Shown in pieces: positions 1 through 12,400 of a stretch of 64,000 nt of DNA (within the stretch, counting starts at the first letter, position 1; the number at the start of each line of letters is the position of its first letter). A program made the translations under genes and the position numbers. This stretch comes from Utricularia gibba. Its lineage: Eukaryota > Plantae > Magnoliophyta. The stretch covers positions 4,898,001 to 4,962,000 of the forward strand of contig NEEC01000004.1 of the NCBI GenBank assembly GCA_002189035.1, given 5' to 3'. Below the pieces are notes generated by a model. It saw only the letters and a program-made list of their open reading frames with translations. It searched no databases and was not told where the DNA came from.

Positions 1-864
1 ATGTCTATTCCTTGCAGCCAAAATGGACGAAGTTCATGTACCAAACTCCGTGGATTTACAGGTGAAACCTTTACACAGTTTTGCTCATTTTCTTCCCCTT
101 TATCCTGATCATGCGAACTCGTTCCACAGTGTGGAGTGCTGCATACCACAGGGGAATCAAGGCTCTTGTTTGAGGCAAGAACTGTGCACAGAATGGAGAT
201 GATTCTGCTCAACGCTTTGAATTGGAACCTTAAGCCGTACACCGCATCACACTTTATAGAGTATTTCCTCTGGAAGATGAGCCACAAGAAGCTCCCACAG
301 GAGCAATGGATATCAAGATCAATCCACATGATTCCCAGCATACACAAAGGTACTACTTATTGCTGATCCATTTAAAGAAAACGGTATTGATTGATCCATA
401 ATATCGTGGTTGTTTGGATTCTGAAAGCAGGGATCGATTTCTTGGAATTCCGGCCATCTGAAATAGCCGCAGCTGTAGCCATTTACATCTCAGGAGAAAG
501 GGAAGTAGCCATGGCCGTCTCTGATAAAGCTCTGCCCTGTTTCATAGGAGTTGAAAAGGTACTGAATTGCTTTGGTCCCCCATCATAAAACCTCCCACAT
601 CGAAACTTAAACAATCTTCTTTTGCAGGGGAAAGTAATGAAGTGCTTGAAACTGATTCAAGACTCGATATCTACCCATTCCATAGCTTCTGGTTCACTGT
701 TCTCTGTGACCAACAGCCCAAATGGTGTTCTAGAAACTGTGTTTTGGAGCTACAGAAGCGATGAAAACGTGTACCAATGGTCTCCCAGTTCTGTAGAGAA
801 CACACCCACTCCTGCCAAAAGGAGGAGACTGGACATGAACCAATTCAGAGAAGACGATCCATGA
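1..864 (+). CDS. CYCD: D-type cyclin (CYCD2/4-like), 5'-truncated by window edge
   Basis: Spliced reading gives CLFLAAKMDE..DLQ | GESRLLFEARTVHRMEMILLNALNWNLKP | GIDFLEFRPSEIAAAVA | ...PAKRRRL..DDP*. These are cyclin N- and C-box motifs. GT-AG introns at ~62-151, 350-430 and 559-627; stop at 862-864. Confidence 0.9.
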
Positions 865-1811
865 ATTCAGTAGTGTATTCGATTATTGGATTTGTACTAC
901 TGCTTCATTGTTCAGTCCAGTCCAGTTCTCATGAAACAAAAAATTCAGTTTTAAATTTTAAAATGATGTGACATGGCGCACTGTGGTGATACGACGTCAC
1001 ATCGATGGGAATGGGCCCCACATATTCAGTTTTGTTTTGTTTTGACTCTGTTCGTCGTCGTCGTGGGGTCGGTCAAAATCTCTATTTTTGTCTCTTTTCC
1101 TCTTGTTCCCTTCCTTCCCGAAAGGGGTAAAACTGTAAAAATTGTAACGCTCCTGCTACCACTGGGCCTGGTATTGGGCTGATAACATGGGCCGGTCCAC
1201 CTAGTTATCCAGCCAGATAAAACGGCCGGGTCCACTGGGCCTGAATAGTGGGTGACAGCTCAGCCTCCCAACTACTATTACTGTGGTATACGTGGCGAGC
1301 GGGGATTGGCTCCCTGCTCTTAACTAGCCATCTTTACCCTGTGCTGTAGTGTTGAACCGAAGTCGAAATCTTTTGGGCTGAGGACATGTCAAGGAATGTG
1401 CGCAGCTCCCTGAGCTTGGTAATGTAAGCTGCTGCAGCTGTGCCCACATGTTCCCTTGCCAGAATCACAGGGGCGTAGAAAGCACTTGTCAATAAATAAA
1501 GGCACCGTTGGTATGTGTGTTGGAGCACACACAAACACTGCGCAGGCCCATTGCTCTCTCCACTCACTTTCCCGCATTTCGCATTGTCCTCTTGCTTGGG
1601 TGTCCCAGAATCAAATGCATTGAATGAAACTTTAGGGGTTGTGTAAAGGGGAACATAGGGGAAGATGATGATGAAGTTGGTTCCACTCATTCATTCATCT
1701 GATAAAATTATACATGAACAACAAGAGACATAAATGGAGAAAGGCCTAGAGGAATGATGCAGACATGAAATGGAATCACAAAGAGAAGGACATGTGGTGG
1801 TGGTGATGGGG

Positions 1812-2501
1812 TTAGAGTTTCTTACCGAGGGTGTGCTTATTGTTGTGCATCCAGACTTTGAGGACGTTCCTCTTGATTCCCACTTCATGGCAGAATTGCT
1901 GCACCAGATCTTCGTCTTGTTTCTGGATTCTCCACCCCAGTCTCTCTGAGAAGCTCAGCATTTTATCCTTTTGATCCTGAGAAAATTTTGTTCTCACCCT
2001 TTTTTTCCCGCCGCTGCTGCTGGGATTGGAGTAATACTCTTCCATGTCGTCTTTCGATCCGCCACCACCGCCGGAGCTCGACGGAAGGGCAAGCAACGGG
2101 ACTCTCTGCTGGTGGGCGGCGCCGGCAGGTGGAGAAACCCTCCTGGGCCACGATACCCGAAGTGGCCGTGGGGGCGCCGAGGAGTAGTTGCTGGTGGTGG
2201 TGGAAAGTGAAATCGTCGTGCTCATGTTCCTTCCGGTGGAAATTACGGTGACAGTTGCAGGCGGCGCATTTCAAGGACTCGAGGGTACCGTCTTCCCCGC
2301 GGCGATGAACTCGCCGCATCCGTCTAAAGCATGGCCCCCGATCCCGACGGCGTGGTTTTTAAGACACTCCTTGTATCTCGACTTCATCGACGACGGCGGT
2401 GGCGAGGAGTTCACAGGCGTCGGACTTTTGACGTCGTGGGTACTCAGCCCCAGCTCCACTTCACCCACCTGCTCTTCTTCTTGATCCTCCTCAAACTCCA
2501 T
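1812..2501 (-). CDS. ZHD: ZF-HD zinc-finger homeodomain protein (ZHD1/2-like), intronless, three apparent 1-bp deletions
   Basis: [40 protein letters not shown] zinc finger and [27 protein letters not shown] homeodomain lie in different frames. Adding one base in the runs at 2295-2298, 2170-2174 and ~2114-2116 gives one continuous ORF. Confidence 0.9.
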
Positions 2502-3650
2502 GGTGGGCGGGTTTAGGAATAAGCAGATTGAGTTAACAGCTTATATTCGCGCTGAAATGTTAACCTGGAGAAGCGGATTACCGGCAACCAGATAAAGAAG
2601 TTGCACCCCTGCCGTGAAATGTCAGTAAATTGTGCTGTAAAGATTGGAAAAAAGATTGAAAAAAGCGACAAAAGACTTCCCAACTCATGCTTACTAATTC
2701 GTATTCTTTCTGAATTGCTCCATCTCTTTCTTACCCAGAATGGACCTGAGTGCCCCTTTCGTGACCGGAGATACCCGGTACCCCGACTGACCTTCCCCTT
2801 TTTCACTGCGGTAAAAATAAGCATCTATGTATGTATGATTGTATGCCTTCTGGGTATGACAGGGAACAGCGAAGATAGAGTCACGCGACGGCCAATTTGG
2901 TGCTACCGTCACGCGTTCCTCCGATCCTGGCCTTCGCCATGTGACGCCGCTGACGTGGAGTTCAGAACCCCAGATCCCTCAAACAAAAGGAATCTCCTCC
3001 TCCACGCTCCGCCGGATTCCTTCATCTTGGTACGCTCGGGACTCCGACACAGAGCCGCCGTGCATCGACAGACCCCATCCGACCAGCCCATCCAAACATC
3101 TCTGATCAGGCGAAGTGTGTGTGATGGTGGAATGAGATAATGTGCAGGAGATGATGACGTTAGCAAAGCCATTGGTTGTATTGCAGCATATTGAACTCTG
3201 GGACTTTCTCTGTCTTTGTATGGTGTGTGCATTTACCCTCCCAACGAAACACAGCACATGGACATACGCATACATGTCTGGGAATGGAGTGGTATTGGGG
3301 TGTCTGCTTAGGTGCAACAGACAACACAGGGTGAAATAAAGCTTTGTGCTCAGAGAGTGAGAGGAGACAGGTCTCCCATGGGTGGGGTGGATTCTTGATC
3401 ACAAGGGGAGGATGTAATAGTAGTGGACGAGCAGGGAAGGCATGTGAGGAATGCAGAGGAACAGAGTATTTTGGATGAACAGAATTCATTGCAGATCTAA
3501 GTTTTTTGCAAATTCTCAGCTTTTTGGACTGACACCAACAAGTGTTTCCTCATGGGAATCATTTGTAGTGAAGAAGGGGAAATCTTTGCCCTTGCCTTTT
3601 TTCCTGTCATCTTGTCAAATCATGATTCTTCTCAACATTCAATGCTGTTC

Positions 3651-3674
3651 AAGACCAAGACCAAGACCAAGACC
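3651..3674. repeat. (AAGACC)4 microsatellite downstream of GEM stop
   Basis: Read directly. Confidence 0.9.
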
Positions 3675-3829
3675 ATGACACATGGTACTCAGAACACTTT
3701 CTTTGTGAATGACCGCTGTATTGTGAATCAAGAAGAAGCCACACTGAAACCAAGCTGAAAACCAAAGGGTTATTATGAGTACAGTGTATGGTAATTGTTT
3801 TCCACTGTTACTGCTGCTTGAAAAGTTCT

Positions 3830-5692
3830 TTAAACAGATTGATCTGATGGGGGTAGCAGAGAGTTCCTCAGGCATTCAACAGCGCCATTGTAATTTAAAA
3901 ATCCCATGTACCAGAATTCATGGTTGTCAATGGATATGACCTGGATGTACTTTTCTGCAGGATTGGTTGTGCTTGTGGACGGGTTCACTGCCTTCAGCTG
4001 ATGTAATGGAACAACCACCTGTTGAAAGTGTCAGCGGGATTAAAACGATGCATGATTCAAAGGAATGACAAGAAGACACCATGAATTTTTCACGATCAAT
4101 AATATTCGAGCGGGGAACCTCAATTAACATGCCAAAGGATTGCTTATTCGTGTTGAAATACGAGAAGCTAAGAACTAATGGCTTAAGGGCATGATTGAAG
4201 ATTCCCAGGGATCTTAGCTTAAAAAAGTAGTCTAGGCAGCAAACAGGGGAGCCATTGGAGATGTACCTTGTAGTAACTCCATTCGGTTTTGTCGCCAGCT
4301 TGGTAGGAAAGTGGATTATCACTACAAAATGCAAGCTTTGAGGTGGATACATATAAGACACCGATGACTGGGCCAGCGGATGTGGATAAGTAACATGCAA
4401 AGGAGTTCACAAGCTTCTCCTCAGCAACTGTTTCAAAAGTTTGCTGAAATATCTTCTCATATCCACCTTCTGCTATAACCTTTGTTCCCTGAGCGATTCT
4501 TCCAAGCGCAGCATCCGTAAGGCTAGGACTTGTTTTCACTTGATAGTAGGAAAAGGAAAAAACCAAAATGAGATTCACAGACTAAACAGGCTGCAAGTTG
4601 CAGTGAACAAATTTCAAGTAGGCAAAGATGTGCTTAAAGAGAAAAGCAATTTACAAATGACCCCCATCTAATGTACAAGAAGAAATGCCATGCAAAAAAA
4701 GCTCTATGAAATGGATTACAGTGAAAGCAACCAATGACAAATATTTCGCTTATTATCAGGAAAGCAACCAATGACAAATATTTCGCTTATTATCAGGCTC
4801 ACATCAGGAGCCAAACATTTTAAAATCAAATCCCACCCATAAAATCCTACAGGAGACTTGTAAAACATGACAGCAGCAGAGTCGAAGAAAGGAAACCGCT
4901 TCTTACAATGTTGCCAAGTGTTTCCCGCAAAATCCTCAGCCTTCTTGGTAGCTTCTCCCATCCTCTTCCCCCATCTCCCAAGAACATCCTTGACAGTATC
5001 CATGGTATCTGATGATAAAAAGCTACACATTTTCAATCTTGGTTCATCTAATTCTAAACAAACACATCAATTCACCAAAACATAGCAAGAGATTGTTCAT
5101 CAGACAACATGAATCGAGTAACACCTCCAAAAAGTGAATGCGTTAAATCAAATATATTCAGCTTAAATAATAGTCAACAGGTTCAGATGGATAAAATTGG
5201 ATGAAATCATGTAGCCCTTAGGACATACCAAGCAACTAATGACTAACCAAGTTACAGATAATGGAAAATTATATATCTTTAACAATTCCTGCACATATAT
5301 GACCCCAAACCTTTGAAGTTGAATGACGATCTATTCTCAGAAGACGCCGGGGAGTAATTCACATAGGGATTCCCGGTCTCCCGATCTGATTCCCTCGGAA
5401 TCTGAGTCTCCATCACCAATTCCTGGCTCCACCGCACAGATTTCTTGTTTTTCGACCCGTCCGCTAATTCAGAATCAACAACGGCAGCATCCTTCGGCTC
5501 GGAATCCAATTCCTTGCCACCAGCAGCAGCATTAACTTCGGGACCGTTGCTTGTACTTAATGCGCCGACTACATGTTTCGGGTTAGGATCGGATCCAGAA
5601 TTCGGATTCGAATCCTTGGGATCCGGGTCCAAAGGCACTGATTTCATCTCCTCGACGGTGTCTTCTGTAGATTGCATCATCGTCCGCTCCAT
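3830..5692 (-). CDS. GEM: GEM/GEM-like GRAM-domain protein, 4 exons
   Basis: Exons 5692-5311, 5008-4907, 4538-4267 and 4018-3830 with GT-AG sites. Motifs: [93 protein letters not shown]. Confidence 0.92.
4723..4796. repeat. Perfect 37-bp tandem duplication in GEM intron 2
   Basis: gaaagcaaccaatgacaaatatttcgcttattatcag occurs at 4723-4759 and 4760-4796. Confidence 0.95.
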
Positions 5693-6155
5693 CGCTGTCA
5701 CAAGAACGGGGGGTCAAATATTCATAATTAATTTTAAAAAATTGAAGAAATAACATAAAATACTCGGAATCAGTCGTCCGGGCGGTGGCAGCACGTGATG
5801 TGGCGCCTTCTGCGATTGTTCCGGTGGTATGTCTTTCCGAAAAAGAAAAGGACAAAATACGAGCGCTCTGCGACTGGGCGCTGCAGGTGTAACAAATAAA
5901 AAAAAAATAAATTAAATTAGTTAATGGGCCGCTACGAATTCCTTCTTACGGCCCATTAAATAGAACTGCTACAGCCCAAAGCCCATCTATTTATTACCTT
6001 TATAGATTTTTACTTGTACCTTTGTAGTTTTTACCCATGTGAATCGTAGTAAAAAAAAAATAGTTTCTGAAATTATTATCAATTTAAAAAAATAGAGAAA
6101 AAGACGCTCGGTCTCTCCGGGGAGGCGCCGCCGTGGGAAGGCAATGTATCTCTCT

Positions 6156-8582
6156 CTAAGCAATGAGGAAGAGACTGCAGGCGAATCCTACGACCATCAC
6201 CATCCCGCTGGATACTCCCATAGCTTTTGCAGCAGCTGCCACAGAAGGAGGAAATGATTTCTTTCCTCGCCGGAATCGGAGATCCGCTTCCTAATGATTC
6301 ATGGAAAGGTAAGAAAGGAGAGTGTACCGAGTTGGAGATACTCGTTCTTCAAGTTCCACTCGAAATCCCAGTGCTTCCTTTCATTCCTCAGAGTCCAGTA
6401 AGCCCATCCGAAAGATGCGCCATCGTAGACTTCTATCTGTGCGCGCCCGAATTCTCTGTACTCCATCGGAGATCCATTGCTTGTGTTCCATTCGTTTACC
6501 CATTCACCTGCAACCTTCGTCAATCCCTGTGATCCCCAGCATGGACGTTCAAATGAAATGAGCTTACCGATGAATACAAGTGGACCATTTACACCATTGA
6601 GAGCTTGGATCTGCGTCTGCCTGCTGTTGAATATGTACTGGATATTGTCCGCAGAGCTCATGTTGGAGAAGAAGGCGTCGAACATGTTGTAGTAGTGCAA
6701 ATCGACAACCGTGTTTGTCGATCCCAAGTTTGCGTTGTAGAGCTCCATCGGGTCTGCATTACCAATTCTTTGGCAGAAAATGACATAAGCTGTGGGTGAG
6801 CGTTTGCGCACGATCTGATACCCCTGCTTGTAGAAAGACACCAGGACGTCTAGAGGAACAGCGCTAGCTGACGGTTCGTTCAGCAGCTCGATTCCAAAGA
6901 ATGATGGATGGCCTGAATACCTGCAGAAAAATGGCAATGAGCTACAGGCCCATGTTCTTACATTTCCAGAAGAGAGCTCTCTGTACTACCTTGAAGCAAG
7001 AAAATCTATAACATGCAATGTCTGTGAGATGTAGTCTGAGGACTGAGGCCACCCTACTGAACCATCTCTACTTGCACTGTGTTCCATTCCGTTCTGTGAG
7101 CCTGGGGCAGCATGAAGATCAATGATGCAGTTTATGCTGAATGCCCTGCACAAAAAGTTTCTACCTTCAGCTAAAGATACAGCAATTTGAGCATGGGGAG
7201 CATCAAAGAGGTTCGAGCTCAACGTACTGTGCCCATGTGAATGCATTATCAAGAGCTTCCAGAGTTCCTCCAATGAAAGGGGGTGGAGGATTTGGATCAT
7301 AAGCTATCCACCACCCAACTGGAATTCTCACAGTGTTTATACCGTGCCTATACAGGAAATCAAAGTCCTCCACAGTGATAAAACCATTTCTATGATTCTG
7401 CAGCAGCAATGCAGTGGATAAGAGAAGCTAATCAGAGTCGATGAAACAGAGGCTACGAATGTGTACTGGATCAAAAGTGTGTACCCTGAGAACTTCCTCT
7501 GCCATGTCATGTCCATAGCCATTGGCAAGCTGGTAGTCTCCATGTAAGCTGTTTGACACGATGATCATCTCGAACGTTGCAGCATTGTTATCCCATCCAG
7601 GCGTCCCTGGATAGTCTGCAGTGAGCAGGTTGGCTTTCGAAGCCTAAACAGATTGACTCTGATTCTATCATGATTTTCTTCTTCCTTTGAAGAATATGCA
7701 TTTACTTCAAAATCATTCAATTAGAAATGTTCACTGAAAGCTGCACAGTGGCACTCAAACAATGTTTTGTGAATGAAAGAGTAATACCTGCAGATAAGTT
7801 CCTGTTTTGAGTTTGAAATGAACTCTACTGTCGTTACTCCTTTCAATGTAAAACGTTTCATCCGAAGATGGTGAGGCTGCCGCTGCAGTCACAGCACCGT
7901 TATCGCCATTATAAGACAGAAACCATCCCCCTGATGTTCGAAACTGGAACGCCGTGGGAGAGACTCTCCATAACTGTCAAAAACACATTGATCAAAGTAA
8001 GTGATCTGCATTATATCAACAAGAAGAACCATTGACACAGGAACACTTCGCACCCTAAATGTCTCCCAAGAAAGGGGAGAATCCTTGTCAATACTCAATG
8101 CTCCTCCGCCACCATTCGCAGCAGATAAGTACTTTTTGGACGTCGATAGCCGGAATTGGACCTCTGTTCCATCCTACCCAGGAAATGTAACAGGATCAAA
8201 GATTGGTAGCTTTGAATGAAAATGGCATATAAGAGAGCAACCCCACCACACCAGTAAACACTTACAAGCATGTCGCCATTGGGAATATTATCAAAGAGAG
8301 ACGGTTTTATCCAGCCCTCAATGACCAACCAACCACCCAAGTTAACCCCTCTGACTCCAGCATTCCCATTAAGCGCATTAACTTGATTCATGAATCACAA
8401 ATCCGGAAATCAAAGACAGAAACAAATCAACAGAACGCTTTTCAAACATGGACAGACAAAGAATTGTCAAGTCGAAATCTTGAAAGAGGAAAATGGGCAC
8501 AACCTGAAGAAGTTCCAGCTTCAAAGAGAAGCAGCCAAGACAGAAGAGCCGCAAAAACCCATCTGCAAAGCAAGATTTCCAT
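6156..8582 (-). CDS. Secreted GH5 glucan 1,3-beta-glucosidase-like protein with fascin-like insert; 3' end uncertain
   Basis: Signal-peptide exon MEILLCRWVFAALLSWLLLFEAGTSS starts at 8582. Then VRGVNLGGWLVIEGWIKPSLF, GINTVRIPVGWW, catalytic IELLNEP and FIG|EW, and GWAYWT. Multi-exon with short GT-AG introns. Confidence 0.9.
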
Positions 8583-9424
8583 GTATAATCAAGCTCAATT
8601 CTTTAATGCGTGATATAAGAATCTGTGGCGGTCATTAACTCAAAATGGCCTGAAGTTCGTGAAGAAAGCAGAAACAGAGAAGGAGAAAGGGACTCCGAAA
8701 GTCCCTTCCGTGAATCCCAATCTACCCTAAAGGAAAGATGCGCATCATTACAATGAATGTGGGCCTGACTTCGTACAGATTTCAAATGCAGACACACCGG
8801 CAAAACCAAATCTTGATCACCACCTTAATTTGGTTACTTAATGAAAGAACCTCTTCATCCCAAGAAAAAGGAGAATCAAGAGGGAGCCAAGAGCAAGATT
8901 GAAATGCAACTAACTAAAATTCAGATACACTCCCCATTTCCAACTCGAGAGATAAAGAGGCCGCCTGTTTGTCTGGCACCAACCAAGATTTCAAATCCAA
9001 TGAAAGAACCAGGTTCCTTTTGCCTTCACCAACTTGAAGACTTCTAGTCCAGGCGCCATTAAAGTAGAGTAGTGACGTACAAGTTTAAATAATAAATTAT
9101 TTCTGTTTAATAATAAAATTAGTTATAAAATAATTTTAACACAGCATTAATTTAACTATAAATGAATCCTATTCTAAAAAAATAAAAAAATCAGACAATA
9201 CTTATTTTTTAAAAATTTACAAAATTTCAACTTCTATTTTATCAGAATTGTTTCTATTTTTGAAATATTATACCAGACAGACTAAATGACAAAGAAATAC
9301 TATAAGATAAAATATAAGCTTTGGCTATTGGGGGCGGTGTGGTGATTCTGTATCATCTGTACATAACAATTTTACTCTACTTGGGTGGGCTTGTTTAGTG
9401 TACAACTGACAACAATGGCAGACA

Positions 9425-12400
9425 TTAGTTCCTCCGACTGGAAACCTGTGTATCACCGTCATCTTCATCATCAACAACCTCCTCTGATCTTCGCAATCTC
9501 TGAAATATTTCATCCAGGGATTCAGCACGAGGTAACTGTAGAGTGGTGTCTTGAGCTTGGCGCAAGGGGAGAAACTTCTTTGCCCCTATGTTGGCTTTAA
9601 TGCTTTGAAAACCATGTTTCATTGATGCCCACCTCGATGCTATACCGGAAGTTGCAGAGCCATTTCCGGCGTCGAGCAAAGATTGTTCCGCAGAGGGGAT
9701 GGCCTTTTCTGTTTTGCTGGTGTTGGCAGGTGGCTTTGCTTGATCTCTGATGGCGGCAGCATACTTGTTGCTGATGGCTTCTCTACTGGCGGAGTATCTT
9801 CGAGGTTCATCTTTTGATGGCTGCTTCGATGAGCTTCCCTTGGTATCTTCTGCACCAGAATTAGAGGCAGCCTTCATCTGAAGTGCATGTTCCTGGAAGG
9901 CAAAGATCATGGGAACTGGAATTGAGATGAGATACAGCATCTATAAATAATACTGTACAAATCCTTGCAACTTTGGTGGAATGAAGTAAAATGGGAAATG
10001 GAACATGCCGTGTTGACGTTGCCAGACTCTAGATCCATGCCATTGAAATTTCTGGCCAAAGGTATGACATGTTCACCAACTTTGCGCCCTTGTTCAAGCC
10101 ATGCTTTTTCTGAGTCAATATTAGAAATTTCAAAAACATGAATACTCCCAGCTCACGCAAAACCACAATGGGAATCATGAGTTGTGTATTTTAAGAAACA
10201 GAGGCTTCAACCTTTTTGCAGTATTAGAAGTCCTGATGGATCAAATCCATCAATATCATCTGCTTCTGAATGGAGTTTATAGAACTTCCAATCACCGACG
10301 AGCTTTATAATCCTGTCAAAGAAATTGCTGGCCACCAGGACTGTATAGATGACCATGATTAGTGGGTAAATCCTGTTGAAGCCATCTCCAAAGAAAGGTA
10401 CAGCTTGATCAATGTTTCCCATCCGCTGAAAACCATTTTATGGGATGTCAGGTTGCAAAAAATAAAAAGCGAATTCAGTGTAACACAAGATACTCCCTTG
10501 CCGTAAACAAGATGGCGGACTTGCCTGCTCAAATATGGTGGTCTTGCCCTTGCCAAGGCTGATGAGATTAAGAAAATTATACGAAATTGGGGGTGCATAG
10601 CGAGCAACCATCCTGATAAACAACATGATTATGTCAGGTGCAGAGGCTGCAAGAGCATAATATTAACGCAACCTAAACTGCAAAGGGAAAGAAGAAATAA
10701 AGTCCTTACGAGCATATCATCAGCAAGCTGACGGAACTTGTTTGTCTTGGTGTTAGCGAGGAAAACATTAGCCTCCCAGCTTTAAAAAGTGAGTAATATG
10801 TGCAAACACACATGAACATCAAGGGAACAAATGCAATAACCTGGCATACACAAGTCGAGTTAAATTTCAGCTTCAAAATAGATGTGCAATTGTAGAAAGC
10901 GCCCATGGGGATGTACAGACCTGAACAAGAAACTCTTTACGCCCAACAGATTTTATTAAAATGGAAAAGAGTGATAAATCGACTCCACTCGTCAGCAAAG
11001 TAGCCTCAGCTAGAAGAATTGCAGCAGACATGCAACCAAGAATGATTGCCAAAGCCTTTTGCAACTGCTTTCGTAAAATACAGCGCCATACAAATTCTGT
11101 GCAGATGCAAATGTGTCAACAAAGGTGTGTACCAGCTACATTTTCTTAAAAGTGGATGAGAAGACGCACATTATCAGTTCACTAAAAAAATGTATCAACA
11201 AAAGGGGCAGACGTATGGAAATACATATTGCGCATAATATGGTAAATAATCCATCTTTTAGATAAAATTATAAGCATTGTGACACTATAGGAGCATCTCA
11301 GCTCATTAACGAGACACAAACAACTGGTCTTACCTGTCATATCAAGGAAGGATCCCATCGAACCAGGTCTTTCTGATCTGAAGCTAGAGATAAACTTCCT
11401 GTTTCAAGACACAACGCCCAAAACTAATTTGTCCTTCTTGACAGTAATGGATAAAATAGGAGGCAAGGAAATCATGAATTGCACAATTGGATGAGCCCAG
11501 GAGGTAAGCTTTTTGAACACACGCTAGAAACTTCAATTCATATATTTCCACTCTCATGACTGATTGAGCTCTCTCTATATGCATTAAACTCCACATAAAT
11601 ATGGACAGTGAACTCTCTCTTCGGGACTCATATTAAATATAGATCAATTATATGGAATTCAACATAGCACCAACGCTAATAGAAACCAAGTAGATGGAAC
11701 TTGAGTAAGAGTACGCGTATAAGGGTTAACGTGCAAACCATCCAGTTGCATCACGTCTTTCATAATTTTTCATCGTATCCTCCAATTCAAGAGCCTCTAT
11801 GACATAGATTAGGTACTCACTGCATGAAACAAAATACACAACATAAAAACACACAGTCAGTCAACATGCCAAAATCAATAGGAACAAGAAATGAGACACA
11901 TAAACACTGGAAACTGTATAAGAATCATATGCAGGATACTTCTCAAAAAAGACGAGTTACACAAAGCTGATGCACCTTTTGCATCGATAATAATCATCAC
12001 GAGCCTGCCGGAGATGCCGCCTTAATGTTGCCATTGACTTTTCATCTGTATCATAGTCCATATCATTTTCTCCCAGTCTACCCCCTTGTGGTTTAAAAGA
12101 AGGATCTTCTTTAAACTAGTGACATGAAATAAAACTTAAGGCCCAATTGCAACTGCAAAAAACAACGAGTTTTTGAATATACAGAATGATTATGTACCAT
12201 TTGCACTAACATATTGTCAATAATTCCCATATAAGGCCTAAGTGGATCACGCTTAGACATCTGTTTTGATGTAGCCTGAGCAACCTGTTGTCACATACAT
12301 AGTAGAAAACAAAAGAAGATGAGAACAAGGAAAGGAATATAACCGTTATAGCTTTTGCAGGATTAAACTGCAACTGAGATCTCAAGTGCTTTTACGTGTG

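Noticed and set aside
1400-1420. cctgagctt resembling a miR390/TAS3 site, and tggctccctg near 1308 resembling miR160
   Set aside because: Only 9-10 nt match, with no tasiARF sequence or precursor hairpin.
2601-3317. Overlapping 100-180 aa ORFs upstream of ZHD
   Set aside because: No recognisable domain or consistent splice structure. More simply GC-rich 5' regulatory DNA of a transcription factor.
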